Shown piece by piece: positions 38,653-51,261 of a stretch of 64,000 nucleotides of DNA. Each line of letters starts with the position of its first letter. Position 1 is the first letter of the stretch. The translations under genes were made by a program, and so were the position numbers. The notes beneath the pieces are model-generated. The model had not been told where the DNA came from, did not search any database, and saw only the letters and a list, made by a program, of their open reading frames with translations. Origin of the DNA: Octopus vulgaris (Eukaryota); contig OX597820.1 in the NCBI GenBank assembly GCA_951406725.2, forward strand, positions 19,592,001-19,656,000. The letters are read 5' to 3'.

Positions 38653-40294
38653 GAATAGTTGTAGCTTTTAAATTCAAATTGTATTAACCTGTGTTCATGG
38701 AACATGGAACTGTAATGTCCTGTCTTCATGGAGCAGTTACTCTATGTTTCTGTGGTGGTTGTTGTCGTCTCATCTACCTTGTGTTTTCATAGGACAGACC
38801 ATGGTTTCATGTAGTGACCATGTTGTGTGTGTGTGTTCTTACTGCTCCTTGCCTGACATTGTTAAGTTGTCAAACTAGGTATGCTTGGACAGTGAAACAG
38901 AATCACCATTATATTATCATTTGGAAAGCAATGAATATTCTCTCACCTTCTGTTAATTACATTTTTCTAATGTGTGTGTGTGTGTGTCTGTGTGCATGTT
39001 TGCTGAACTACAAAGTTACAGAGGGCATAAACAAACCAACACTGGTTGTCAGGTGGTGAGTGGCAGACACAAACACAAAAACATGCATACTCATGCATGT
39101 GTATATACACACAATCGCACATTTGTGTGTGTGTATGCAAAACAGGCTTCTTTCAGTTTCCTTCTACCAAATTCACTAACAAGGCACTGGATTGACCAAC
39201 CTGTGGCTATAGTAGAAAACACTTGTCCAAGGTGCCACACAGGGGGACTGAACCTGAAACCATGTGGTCGAGAGGGAAACTTCCTCCCTCACAGCTCCGA
39301 TTTCCCTACTGGCATCGGTTAGGCAGGTCAACATAGATGAAATCAGTTCTTATTCAGAGTTACTGCCATCTGAGCCGGTTTCGAAAACTAAATCTTACTT
39401 GTACTTTACGCTTTTGGTTCAGGGTGTATATGTGCTGGATGTACGTGTGTATGTACTCGTGCATACACACACACTGCTTTGGTGAAGACTCCTAATCTTT
39501 GTATGATGTGTGAGCTGTACAATGTCACTGAATTTAAGTACTAAAGACTATAACAGTACATTTGATTCTCTCTCTCTTTCCCCCCATCTCCCACTTTTTC
39601 TCATCCTCACTCTCTCTCTCTCTTTCTCTCGGCATATTAAGGGGAAGGGGTTGGCCTTGCTCTCTTTAATTTGAGACGAGGGGTCAGTTGGTGCACAGTG
39701 TATAGCTTATATATTTTATCTGAATAGCTAAAGATTAAGAATTCAGATTGTAGCACCTGCTTTGAAGTCTTAAATAGATGATGAGAGCTTGGGTGAAGCT
39801 AATTTTAACTTGAGAAAGCCCTCATGCACCAATAAAGTTCGTTTCACCACAAGTACACACAATACTTGTTAATTTATCTTTTGCAAATCACCTTTCTTAA
39901 TATTCATGAATTTTTATTAAAATTTCACAGGAAGTTTTATAAACAAAATACAACATAAACTGAATGATTAAACATTACCTTAGTCCTCGTTACAGGTGAA
40001 TCTATTTTTGTGATTGTTTTTTTTTTTTACTGGCGCTAAAATAGATTCCAGTGTATCTTGTGCAAGTAAAAAAAAAAACCAAGAAAATGTGATTCCGTTT
40101 GTCTGTTAATTGTTAGTTTTAAGGTGCACTGAGTAAGAAATTTTGCAAAACCATTGTTGCGCACGTGCGCTTGTGTATGTGTGTTCATATGTAGACATGG
40201 AAGTGCATGCATATGTATGTAATTTTGTATGTATAGATAAATGTGTCAAGATTTCTAAACATGCTTGTGTGTATGTATGTGTATATATATACTC

Positions 40295-40696
40295 TTTACT
40301 CCCTTTTATTCTTTTCCTTGTTTCAATCATTTGACTGTGGCCATGCTGGAGCACCGCCTTTAGTCGAGCAATATGACCCCAGGACTTACTTTTTGTAAGC
40401 CTAGTACTTATTCTATCGGTCTCTTTTTGCCGAACCGCTAAATACACCAGCATTGGTTGTCAAGCGATGTTGGGGAGACAAACACAGACACACAAACATA
40501 TACATACACACACATGCATATATATATATTCATATATATGATGGGCTTCTTTCAGTTTCTGTCTACCAAATCCACTCACAAGGCTTAGGTTGACCCAAGA
40601 CTATAGTAGAAGACACTTGCCCAAGGTGCCACACAGTGTGACTGAATCTGGAACCATGTGGCTGGTAAGCAAGCTACTCACCACACAGCCACTCCT
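40295..40696 (-). mobile_element. SINE family A, full length
   Basis: Reverse consensus match. Confidence 0.92.
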
Positions 40697-42147
40697 ATAT
40701 ACATACACACACATATACACATGTGTTTTATGTCCTTAATTATGTGTATGTATAATTGTATCTATACAAGTATTTTTTATGTGTATGTGTGTATATAAAC
40801 ACACATGTGTGTGTGTATATGTATGTATATTTATGTGTATGTGAATGAATTTATGTATATGTGCATGTGTGTGCGCGCGCACACACACACACGTGTAGAT
40901 GGCACAGTTGGGTTGTTGAGAAGATCATCTTTTACCATTGTCTCTTATCAGTACAAAGCTTGTGAGTACAACTGGGCAGATGGAAACTAGTTCAGCAGGC
41001 CAGCTTTGTCATACTCAGCATCACTCTCATTCTGCCTTAGAATTACACGTGTCTGTGGAATACTCAACCACTTACTAATACAATGAGTAGGTGGTTCAGT
41101 TGATTGAACAAGAATACTCATTATCAAAACCTAGAGTGGATCTGTTTATTACACACACACACACAACTTGTGTGTGTGTGTAAGATTATATGTGTATGCT
41201 TACCTTTATATGCGTTTGTATGTATATGTGTGTTGAGCCAATGTTGGATCTTGTAAAATTCCTTCCAACCACTTGAAGTTATTTCAAATTTTCACCAGTT
41301 TCACCAGATTATTTTATTTTTTTATAAAATGTATGTTTGTGTGGTGATGACAAAAATTGCATTTCTTTTTTTTTTTTTTTTTCCCCATCCCCTGGAAATT
41401 CATCATCATTTAATGCCCATCTTCCATGTGGGCATAGGTTGGTGGGTTTAACAGGAGCATGGTTTTTATGGCTGGACACCCTTCCTAACACAAACCACTT
41501 CACAAGTGTGGACTGGGTGGGTTTGCTTTGGTATGGTTTTTATGGCTGGATACCTTTCCTTACACCATCCACTTTACTTTATAATAATCCTTTCTCCTAA
41601 AAGAGCCAGGCCTGAAATTTCTCAGGTGGGGTCTAGTCAGTTACATCAACCACATACACACACAAACATAAATATTGTAGGCACTGGTATGGCTGTGGTG
41701 AGAAGTTTGCTTCCTAACCACATGGTTTTGTTGTGAGTCCCCCAGTGTAGCAACTTTGGCTAGTGTCTTCTATAGCCCTGAGCAAACCAAAGCTTTGAAA
41801 GTGGATTTGGCAGGTGGAAACTGAAAGACGCCTATCACATATATACATATGTGTGTGTGTGTGTTTATGTTTGTTTTCATAACTTGATGGTTCAGCAAAA
41901 AGAGACCAATAGAATAAATACCAAACAATGACAAAAATTTACCTGGGTTGATTTGTTCAATTAAATTCTTCAAGGTAGTGCCACAGCATGGCCACAGTCT
42001 AAAGACTGAAATGGGTAAAATATAAAAGATAGTTATATCATTACCGACTGCCAACTGACCCTTTAGAATTCAGGGTACTCTGCCAAACGTAATGCTTATT
42101 TGTTCACATTGTTTTGAATTAATCATGCAGATTTTGATGATGTGGTT

Positions 42148-42564
42148 ACTCTTTTACTTGTTTCACTCATTTGACTGCAGCCATGCTGGAGCACCACCTT
42201 TAGTCGAGCAAATCGACCCCAGGACTTATTCTTTGTAAACCTAGTACTTATTCTATCAGTCTATTTTGCCAAACCGCTAAGTTACGGGGGTGTAAACACA
42301 CCAGCATCGGTTGTCAAGCGATGTTGGGGGTACAAACACAGACACACAAACATGCATACACATACACACATATATATATGTATATATATGTATATATATG
42401 TACATATATATAACAGGCTTCTTTCAGTTTCCATCTACCAAATCCACTCACAAGACTTTGGTCAGCCCGAGGCTATAGTAGAAGACACTTGCCCAAGGTG
42501 CCACGCAGCAGGACTGAACCTGGAACCATGTGGTTGGTAAGCCAGCTACTTACCACACAGCCAG
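42148..42564 (-). mobile_element. SINE family A inserted in a piggyBac-like MITE (about 42058-42660)
   Basis: Reverse consensus match; MITE halves on both sides. Confidence 0.9.
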
Positions 42565-42792
42565 TTTGTTTTTAGAATAACGTTGTAGGGTAGGTGTGAG
42601 ATGTTGGATCTGGCCGGTTTAAACATGCAGGATATAGCCTGTTTAACTGCTAAAGAGCTGGAAGTTAAGTCAGACCAAGAATAGATGAGAACAGATTGAG
42701 GGTGGGAAGATACGTTTAGAAAGGTCGAGAAACAGATTTACCCATGTGAAGGGGTGAGGTTTTTTTATATTACCAACATAGTTATATTTCTC

Positions 42793-43017
42793 AAGCTGGC
42801 AGAATCGTTAGCGCGCCGGGCGAAATGCGTAGCCGTATTTCATCTGTCATTACGTTCTGAGTTCAAATTCCGCCGAGGTCAACTTTGCCTTTCATCCTTT
42901 CGGGGTCGATAAATTAAGTACCAGTTACGCACTGGGGTCGATGTAATCGACTTAATCCCTTTGTCTGTCCTTGTTTGTCCCCTCTATGTTTAACCCCTTG
43001 TGGGTAGTAAAGAAATA
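42793..43017 (+). mobile_element. SINE family B, young
   Basis: agctggcagaatcgttagcgcgccgggcg...gtagtaaagaaata; flanked by a tatatttctca duplication. Confidence 0.95.
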
Positions 43018-43634
43018 TATATTTCTCATGTTTGGTTAAAAATGAATCGGAGTGTTGTTTCCGTAATGTGATTCCATCCTGCAAAGTTCATATACTAGCA
43101 CTTAATAGCAGTAATGAGAAAGGAGGAGCAACGGAGCAGTAGATGTAGGTGAATAATAGTGACTATGAATGGACGAATAAATGAATGAAACAAAGCTAAT
43201 TTAATGGCCATTCATAGAAATTAGCTCCATGTTAATGGGAAGTGATTAAAGAAAATGAAGCCAAGATAAATTAAGAGTTGTTATTGAAGCTCTGAAAATA
43301 TCCACGTGAAGAGTGATTGTTCCTGTAGTTAGTTATATTATTTAAAAAGCTGTTAAGATGCTGCTGTATGAATATTATATACTTATACTACAGGACTTAA
43401 ATTCAACTGAGAATCAAAGGTGGTGAGGGGTGTTTGTAGCTGGGAGGTGTTAAGTTAGTTATAGATAAAAAACTAAGGTGATATGTTTCTCTGTTAAAAG
43501 CCTTAATGATGTAAGGTGGAGGGGGTGATGTATGAAGGTTATAGGTGTATGTATGCATAGCTGTGTGGTTTAAGAAGCTCGTTTTGCAACTGCCTGGTTT
43601 CGGGTTCGATCCCACAGCATGGCAACCTTGGGCT

Positions 43635-43792
43635 TCATCATCATCATCATCATCATCATCATCGTTTAACGTCTGCTTTCCATGCTAGCATGGGTTGGAC
43701 GATTTTGACTGAGGGCTGGCAAACCAGATGGCTGCACCAGGCTCCAATCTTGACCTGGCAGAGTTTCTACAGCTGGATGCCCTTCCTAACGC
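43635..43792 (-). mobile_element. Retroposon family C with (CAT)n, inserted in a family A SINE
   Basis: (cat)9 cgtttaacgtctgc...ggatgcccttcctaacgc. Confidence 0.88.
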
Positions 43793-44496
43793 TTCTTCTA
43801 CAATATACCTTATGAGTGAATTTGGTAGAGTGGACACTGGAAGCCAATCATGTGTGTGTGTATTTGTGTACTGTTAATACACAGGTGTGCTGTCCTCGAA
43901 ACCTTCGTGCCTTTATTATTAAAATACCTCGATTCTGTTGGATCCTGGTATATCAATTGACCTCTCAATCAATCGATGATGTCGAACTGATGCCAGTTGG
44001 GTGTTAAATGATGATGATGTGTGTTTCTTGTGTTTGTCCAACACCCCCTCTCGACAACTGGTGTTGGTTTGTTTATGTCCTTTTAACTTGACAGGGATAG
44101 AATAAGTACCAGCTTAAAAATAAATACTGAGGACAATTTTATTCAACTAAACTCTTCAGCATTGTGCTCCAGCATGGCTGCAGTCAAGTGATTAGAACAA
44201 GTAAAAGATAAAAGATGTGTGTGTGTGTGTGTGTGTGTGTCTTTGTACCTGTTTTTGTCTTCTCTGCCACTGCTTGACAGCTGGAGTTGGTTTGTTTACA
44301 TTCCCTTAACTTTATGGTTCGGCTAAAGAGAACAATAGAATTAAGTAACAGACTTGGAAAAAAAAAAAATAAATGCCGGGGTTAATTTGTTTGAGTTAAA
44401 CCCCTTCAAGGTGGTGCCCCAGCATGGGCACAGTCCAGTGACTGAAATAAATAGAAGATACAGTGAAAAATGTAATCAATGTTATGTTGTCAACAT

Positions 44497-44832
44497 AAAG
44501 GGGTAAAGACCCCTTTCAATCATGATAGACCATAGGGTAGCACCTAGAAAGTTTCCCTCCGAGGCACGAGTCTGGGCAAGGTTGTTTATGAAGACTAGCA
44601 GTTGCCCGTACATACCAGGCTCCTCTCTCCTCGCCACTGATGTTATCCAAGGGAAAGGCAAAGGCAGATAAAGCTTGGCACCAGTGATGTCACAACTCAT
44701 TTCTACAGCTGAGTGAACTGGTGCAATGTGAAATAAAGTGTCTTGCTCAAGAAAACAACCAGGTCCTGGAATTGAACTCAGAGCCTCGTGATTGTGAGCC
44801 CGACGCTCTAACCACTGACCCATGTACCTTCA
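44497..44832 (-). mobile_element. SINE family E
   Basis: Reverse of 18280-18612. Confidence 0.85.
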
Positions 44833-46082
44833 ATAATTATTTTCAGCATAATGAATGGCTTAATGAAGAGGAGATTCGGCAGCTTTAGGATTAACCTCGT
44901 CATAGGTACAAAAATCAGTTTTTACTAAACTCAAGGAAAAAGTTTTAACTGAAGTGAATCTTTAGGAGTTTAAAACCCTTTAGAATTAAAATGGTCATAT
45001 CTGACCCTAATTTACTACCTGTTTTATGTTCAAGCTGGCCTCTCACACCTACTCTAGAATGTAATTCCAAAATTATATAAATCACATCATTGAAATTTCA
45101 AAGCTACGAGAGGATGCAGGATTGATTAGAAACAATGTGAATAAAAAATTACATTTCTCAAGTGATCTAAATGCGAAATGTTTGTTAATTGTTTCAATTA
45201 ATCTTAGTTATCTTTTACATGATTCACTGAAATAAATTGTCTTCAGTTCTATTTTTGAAATCCGATACTTGTTCTCTCAATGCATTTTGCCGTACCACTA
45301 TAGGGGTGTAAACAAACCAGTACTTTTTCCTCTTTTTAAGCTTGGTACTTATTCTATCGGACTCTGTTGCAGAACCGCTAAGTTATAGGGACAAACACAA
45401 AGGACACACATGCTGTGTATTATTAAAGGATTCCCTCTCCCTACTGAAAGCCAAGTATTCACTTAGAAGATATAGTGTGGTTTGAAGGGAGATTTGGTTG
45501 TTATTTCTAGCGTGTTGAACTACCACATAGAAGCTCCTTCAATAAGGGCTTCGACATGACCAGCAGCAAACTGAGAGAGTGAGGGAGGAGAAAAAGTCAC
45601 TACTAAAATAATTTTAAAAGTGTCATTATTCTCTCTTCATTGTTTTAACTCGGTTATTTTATATTCCTAATTAAATCTTATAAATTATAAATCCAATTAA
45701 TTAACACCAATTAAAGCTTTCTCTTTTTTTTCTTCTTTTTGTTATGTAGCCTTGGTAGTGGTGTCATCCTATGGTCAAAAAGTGTTCTAACCTAAATAAT
45801 GGATTTTTTTTTAGTCATAGCGAGAATTTAAGACTACACATTATCCAATGTGTCATTTAAAAAAAGGGGAGAGTTGACTTTTTTTTCTCTTTATTCTCGC
45901 AGGTGGAGTGGCATAGCATAAAGGTCCCTTTGTTAGGATGACAGGATTTTTTTCTTCTTGTTACTTGTATATGCCTTACCCTATAAAAACCTTAGTTATG
46001 GAAGGAAGGAAGGAAGCTTTCGAGTTTATCTTAGCTAAAATTACTGACTTAGTAACATTATTTTAACACTTTCATTACCATA

Positions 46083-46482
46083 GGCGCAGGAGTGGCTGTG
46101 TGGTAAGTAGCTTGTTTACCAACCACATGGTTCCGGGTTCAGTCCCACTGCGTGGCACCTTGGGCAAGTGTATTCTGCTATAGCCTCGGGCCGACCAAAG
46201 CCTTGTGAGTGGATTTGGTAGACGGAAACTGAAAGAAGCCCGTCGTATATATGTATATATGTGTGTGCGTGTATGTTTGTGTTTGTCCCCCTAGCATTGC
46301 TTGACATGACAACCGATGCTGGTGTGTTTATGTCCCCGTCACTTAGCGGTTCGGCAAAAGAGACCGATAGAATAAGTACTGGGCTTACAAAGAATAAGCC
46401 CCGGGGTCGAGTTGCTCGATTAAAGGCGGTGCTCCAGCATGGCCACAGTCAAATGACTGACACAAGTAAAAGAGAAAGAGTA
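46083..46482 (+). mobile_element. SINE family A, full length, young
   Basis: Near-consensus, CpG-rich. Confidence 0.95.
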
Positions 46483-46669
46483 TATTTTAGGTGAAATACA
46501 CTGCTTTGTTTCAATTACTCTCGAAAATAATGAAGACTTTATTAAAATAACTTTTGCTTTTATTAGGCTGGTTTTTGAAGTAACAAAAGTTTTTGATGGA
46601 AGGTTTTTAATTTAGACCGCTTTACAACTGGTAGTCATAAAACCAGGGACAGTCTCAGGCTGGGTAAAG

Positions 46670-47751
46670 TAGTGGTTTGCGACTCTCTTTTAACACCATG
46701 AAATAGTTTCATGCAAGACAGTTTTTCTACAAGCCCTGGGCATTATGCATAGCAAAACACAATAAAGTATATAATATGTAATTCAATTGTTACATATATA
46801 GGCAGAAGTGTGGTAAGAAGTTAAGCTTTACAACTACATGGTTCCGGGTTCAGTCCCACTACACAGCACTTTAGGCAAGTGTTTTCTCTTATAACTTTGA
46901 GTCAACCTAAGTCTTGGGGGTGGATTTGGTAGGTGGAAACTGGAAGAAGCCCATCGTATATATACATCAATATGTGTGTATCCTTGTCCCCACCATCACT
47001 CGACAACCAGTGTTGGTGTATTTACGTCCCCGGGGAGACCGATAGAATAAATACTGGGGTCATGCTGAAACAAGTAAAAAGAATAGGTGTGGCTGTGTGG
47101 TAAGAAACTTGCTTCCCAACCACATGGTTCCAGTTTCAGTCCCACTGCGTGATGGATTTGTTAGATGGAAACTGAAGGATGCCTGTCATGTATATTTATG
47201 TGTGTGTGTCCATCCACCATAGCTTGACAACTGATGTCGGTGTGTTTACACCCCTATAACTTAGCGGTTCGGCAAAAGAACCCGATAGAACAAGTACCAG
47301 GCTTACAAAGAATAAGGCCTGGGGTAGATTTCTTCAGCTAAAGGTGGTGCTCCAGCATGGCCACAGTCAAATGACTGAAACAAATACCAATTGTGAAGAC
47401 CCATTGAGGCAAGTGAGGATCAGAATCGAAATCGATCAATGGAAATCGATCAATGGAAATTGCAGATGTGTTACCAGTGCCGGTGGCATGTAAGAGACTG
47501 GGCCTGATGAAGCCTTCTGGCTTCACAGACCCCAGCAGAACCGTCCAACCCATGCTAGCATGGAAAACGGACGCTAAATGATGATGATGATGATGATGAT
47601 GAATGCATGTATAATGGAACAACCTCCTCAGACTGCAACAGGGCCATGAAACAGAAATAAAATTTTTAAATGTTATTCTTTCTGTTTGGCCTAGTTCCAA
47701 ATTCTCCATGGCCTGGTACTGGTCTGCAGCCCTGGTTATTGGGGACCCCTG
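46670..47751. mobile_element. MER1-like hAT MITE split by nested SINEs (about 46800-47600)
   Basis: Right end ttggggacccctg; left part gtttcatgcaagacagtttttctac; near-identical 8-bp flanks gggtaaag/ggttaaag. Confidence 0.55.
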
Positions 47752-49519
47752 GGTTAAAGCATATCAATAATTGATTTGTGTGATATTTTCCCTTCTTGTT
47801 AATAGGGAAAAAAAAAAATCAAAACAATCATTTATTATTATGCTTTAACAAAGATATTTATTGTCAAGTCGAAATCTGTTCAATTTTTTTTTCTGTTGAA
47901 TCTTGTTAAATTTCTTCTGACCACACTTGAAGTGTTTCAAATTTTCACCAGATTATTTTTCAAATTTTCTACACTTGATGTAATTTCTTTCTTATTAATT
48001 TCAAGATAAAAAAAAAAAAAAATGAACATGATGTTCATTATCAAAATATAACAATACACTTATTTTGAAAATAATCTAGTGAACATTTGAAATATTTTGA
48101 GAGATTGGAAGAAATTTTAACAATTGAGATACAAGACTGCCCCCCGGTTCCATGATATAAGCCCTTATTTTGGAGTGATCTAAATAAATAATGAAGAAAA
48201 AAACAACAACTTTCCATCAAAATTTCATGTTATGTTCCAAACACTACCTTAATAAATGACAATAGTTTATATTTTACTAAATTCTCTATAATTTTCAAAA
48301 TGAATTGAATTAAAACAAATGCACTGTATTTTCACAGAAATATGGTAATGAAAAGGTTAACAAGATCTTTTTCATGTTATTAAATGAGTTAACAGTTGTG
48401 CATTATTACAGTGTTTTAGTGAACATTTGTAACTTTTTATTTTTTTCCCTATGAGTTTGCAAGCTGAACAGACTGCTCTTTCATATGCGAGAGTTTTAAA
48501 GTCTAAACTTCTGTTGTCTTTTCTCCACAAACAGCAGCAGTTTTTCTCATATAATATTGATTATGTATAGCTACATATTGATTAGTGTCATAAAACATTT
48601 TCTTCCTACAGAAGTAATAACTGTTCGTTCTCCAGTTCTTTCTGTGATCATCATTCAGAGCCAAAATAAAAATGGAAAGAAAAAAAAAAACAAACCGAAT
48701 CGAGTCTTTCCCCTATTTCATTTTTCTCTGCTACCTACCACCCCAGGGTTTTTTTTACCCCCATCCGCACCTCTCATCTTAACAAGGAATTCGGTGTAAA
48801 AGATACTCTCTTTCCCCACCGTCACTGCCACCCTAACAGTATATGCGTGTGTGTGTGTGTACAAGCTGCTGGCTTTGGGACACACTTTAGTAATTCTACT
48901 ACTGTGCGATATTTTTAGTAGGTACTGTTTGTACTAACAGCCGGCTAGCTCTCTCTCTCTACTTACTTACTGACTGCTTGACTGTTTATTGAGGAAGTTT
49001 TCTTTCTTGTATGCGTAACTACTTCTTCTTTCATAGCCTCTCTCTTCTTTCTAGGAAGTTCAACTTTGCCAAACAAAACTATCAAATGAGAAAATCTTAT
49101 ACCCCCCCTCTTTTTTTTCTCCGCCGTCACCGTCATCTCTCTTCCCCCCTCTCTCTCTCTCTCTTTCGTGTTTTGGGCTAAAAATGTGAATGCTAAATAG
49201 AATTGATCTGGGCATTAATAGATGTTTTAAGGCTTTTCTCTTTCTATTCCTGTTTCCCCTTTTGTCCTTAGAATAAAGCCTTGTCTTTTCACATATATAT
49301 ATATATTTTTCCTTCTTTATTTTCTATTCTTAATCTTGAAAACGAGTTATTTTGCTAAAATTATTTTCCTCTTAGAATATGTTTAGAAATTAGCAATGTG
49401 TAATGCGAGTCATTCAGTTATAAATACCTCAACAAATAAACTTATTCACCTCGTTTTGACCCAACTCCTCAAGGAATCTGTGTGTAATATATATGCTTTG
49501 AATAAATACATAACACACA

Positions 49520-49557
<38 letters not shown>

Positions 49558-49561
49558 TATT

Positions 49562-49729
49562 ATAATTAGGGTTCAGCAAAGATTTGCTTTACCACATACC
49601 GAAGTTTAGAAATAGCAGCCAAAGAACCTTAGCTATTTCCTCTACTTTAAGAGACTAGCTAAGGTTCTCTGGCTAATATTTCTAAATTTCTGTATGTGGT
49701 AAAGCAAATCTTTGCTGAACCCTAATTAT
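49562..49729. repeat. Near-perfect 74-bp inverted repeat (fold-back element) in TA microsatellite
   Basis: Arm 49562-49635 versus 49656-49729, 20-nt loop, few mismatches. Confidence 0.92.
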
Positions 49730-49839
49730 GAAATATTACTTAAGTTTACCTAGAAATGGTCCTTTTTCATGCCGAATTCTACTTGGTGAAATTATTGATT
49801 ACTAGTTAATTAATTAATTTTACCCTTTGTTATTATTGA

Positions 49840-49969
49840 TAATATATATATATATACATATACATATACATATCATATCATATTATATATATATCATATC
49901 ATATTATATATATATCATATCATATTATATATATATATATATCATATCATATATATATATATATATATC

Positions 49970-50000
<31 letters not shown>

Positions 50001-50145
50001 CATATCATCATCATCATCATATATATATATATCATATATATATATATATATCATATCATATATTATATATATATCATATCACACACATATATATATATAT
50101 ATCATATCACATATATATATATATCATATTATATATATTATATAT
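49840..50145. repeat. Low-complexity (TA)n/(ATATC)n tract
   Basis: Directly visible. Confidence 0.95.
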
Positions 50146-51003
50146 TGTGTGTGCTGTGAAATTTTGAATTCGTGAAGAGGGGGGAAAATATAGTTTTAGG
50201 TTGCAGTTTTTCTTTTTAAATTCCACGTTTTGGTTTATTTCTCCTTCTTCACGGGGTCTTGTGGCTGATTGAATAGAAATGAAACCAGTTTTATTGCACA
50301 TAACGTCTCTTATTTTAAAAAAATTCATTAATGATATTATAACCTACACTGTGTGTGTGTGTGTCTTGGGTCTATTAGTGTGCTTTTTGCGGGTTCGTTA
50401 GTAGTGGCTGCTGTTGTCAATCGTGGCTTCTACGTCCATTCTCTGTCTCACATCATCTCATCTCGTCCCCTTTTCAAAATTTTTGTTTTCCTACACCATA
50501 CATCTATATCTAGATTAGCCTCAATACGCACTCACTATATTATTGATTTTCCTGCCCGTGACAGTTTGGTTCATTCAAGCTTCCATTTCTAAATTACTCC
50601 CTCTTTATGTGTGTGTGTGTGTGTGTTTGGATAAGATATTTTATCTATTCCTTCTTAATCCTTGTGTGTGTATGTGAATATACATGCATACATACATTAT
50701 ATGTGTGTTGTGTATATATATATATATATATTTCCCCTTAATCCTAATGCCTGTGTGTGTATATACATATGTATATTTATATGTATGAGTATATATATAT
50801 ATATATATACGCATATAAACACAAGAGATGACCATAATAGGAGATCTGACTCACTAGAAAGAGCAGTTAAACTCCAAACCACTAATAGTTGTATATATAT
50901 ACGCATATATATTTATGTGTATGAGTATATTTATGTGTATATATGCGCATATATATTTGTATGTATAAGTATATATATATATATACACAGACACATATAT
51001 GAG

Positions 51004-51057
<54 letters not shown>

Positions 51058-51080
51058 CATACATACATACACACACACAC

Positions 51081-51116
<36 letters not shown>

Positions 51117-51196
51117 GAGTGTGTATATATGAAATATATAACATTCCCTTTTGTGCGTGTGTGTATAGCTTTTATTGTAACAACATAGAAATAAAC

Positions 51197-51261
<65 letters not shown>

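Noticed and set aside
45872-45945. Strong acceptor-like ttttttctctttattctcgcag|gtg
   Set aside because: No convincing downstream donor or reading frame; isolated acceptors are common by chance
47503-47525. CTGATGA followed by an AGCC-ttct-GGCT stem
   Set aside because: No GAAA after the stem; it is a mutated family C sequence (ctggtgcagccttctggct)
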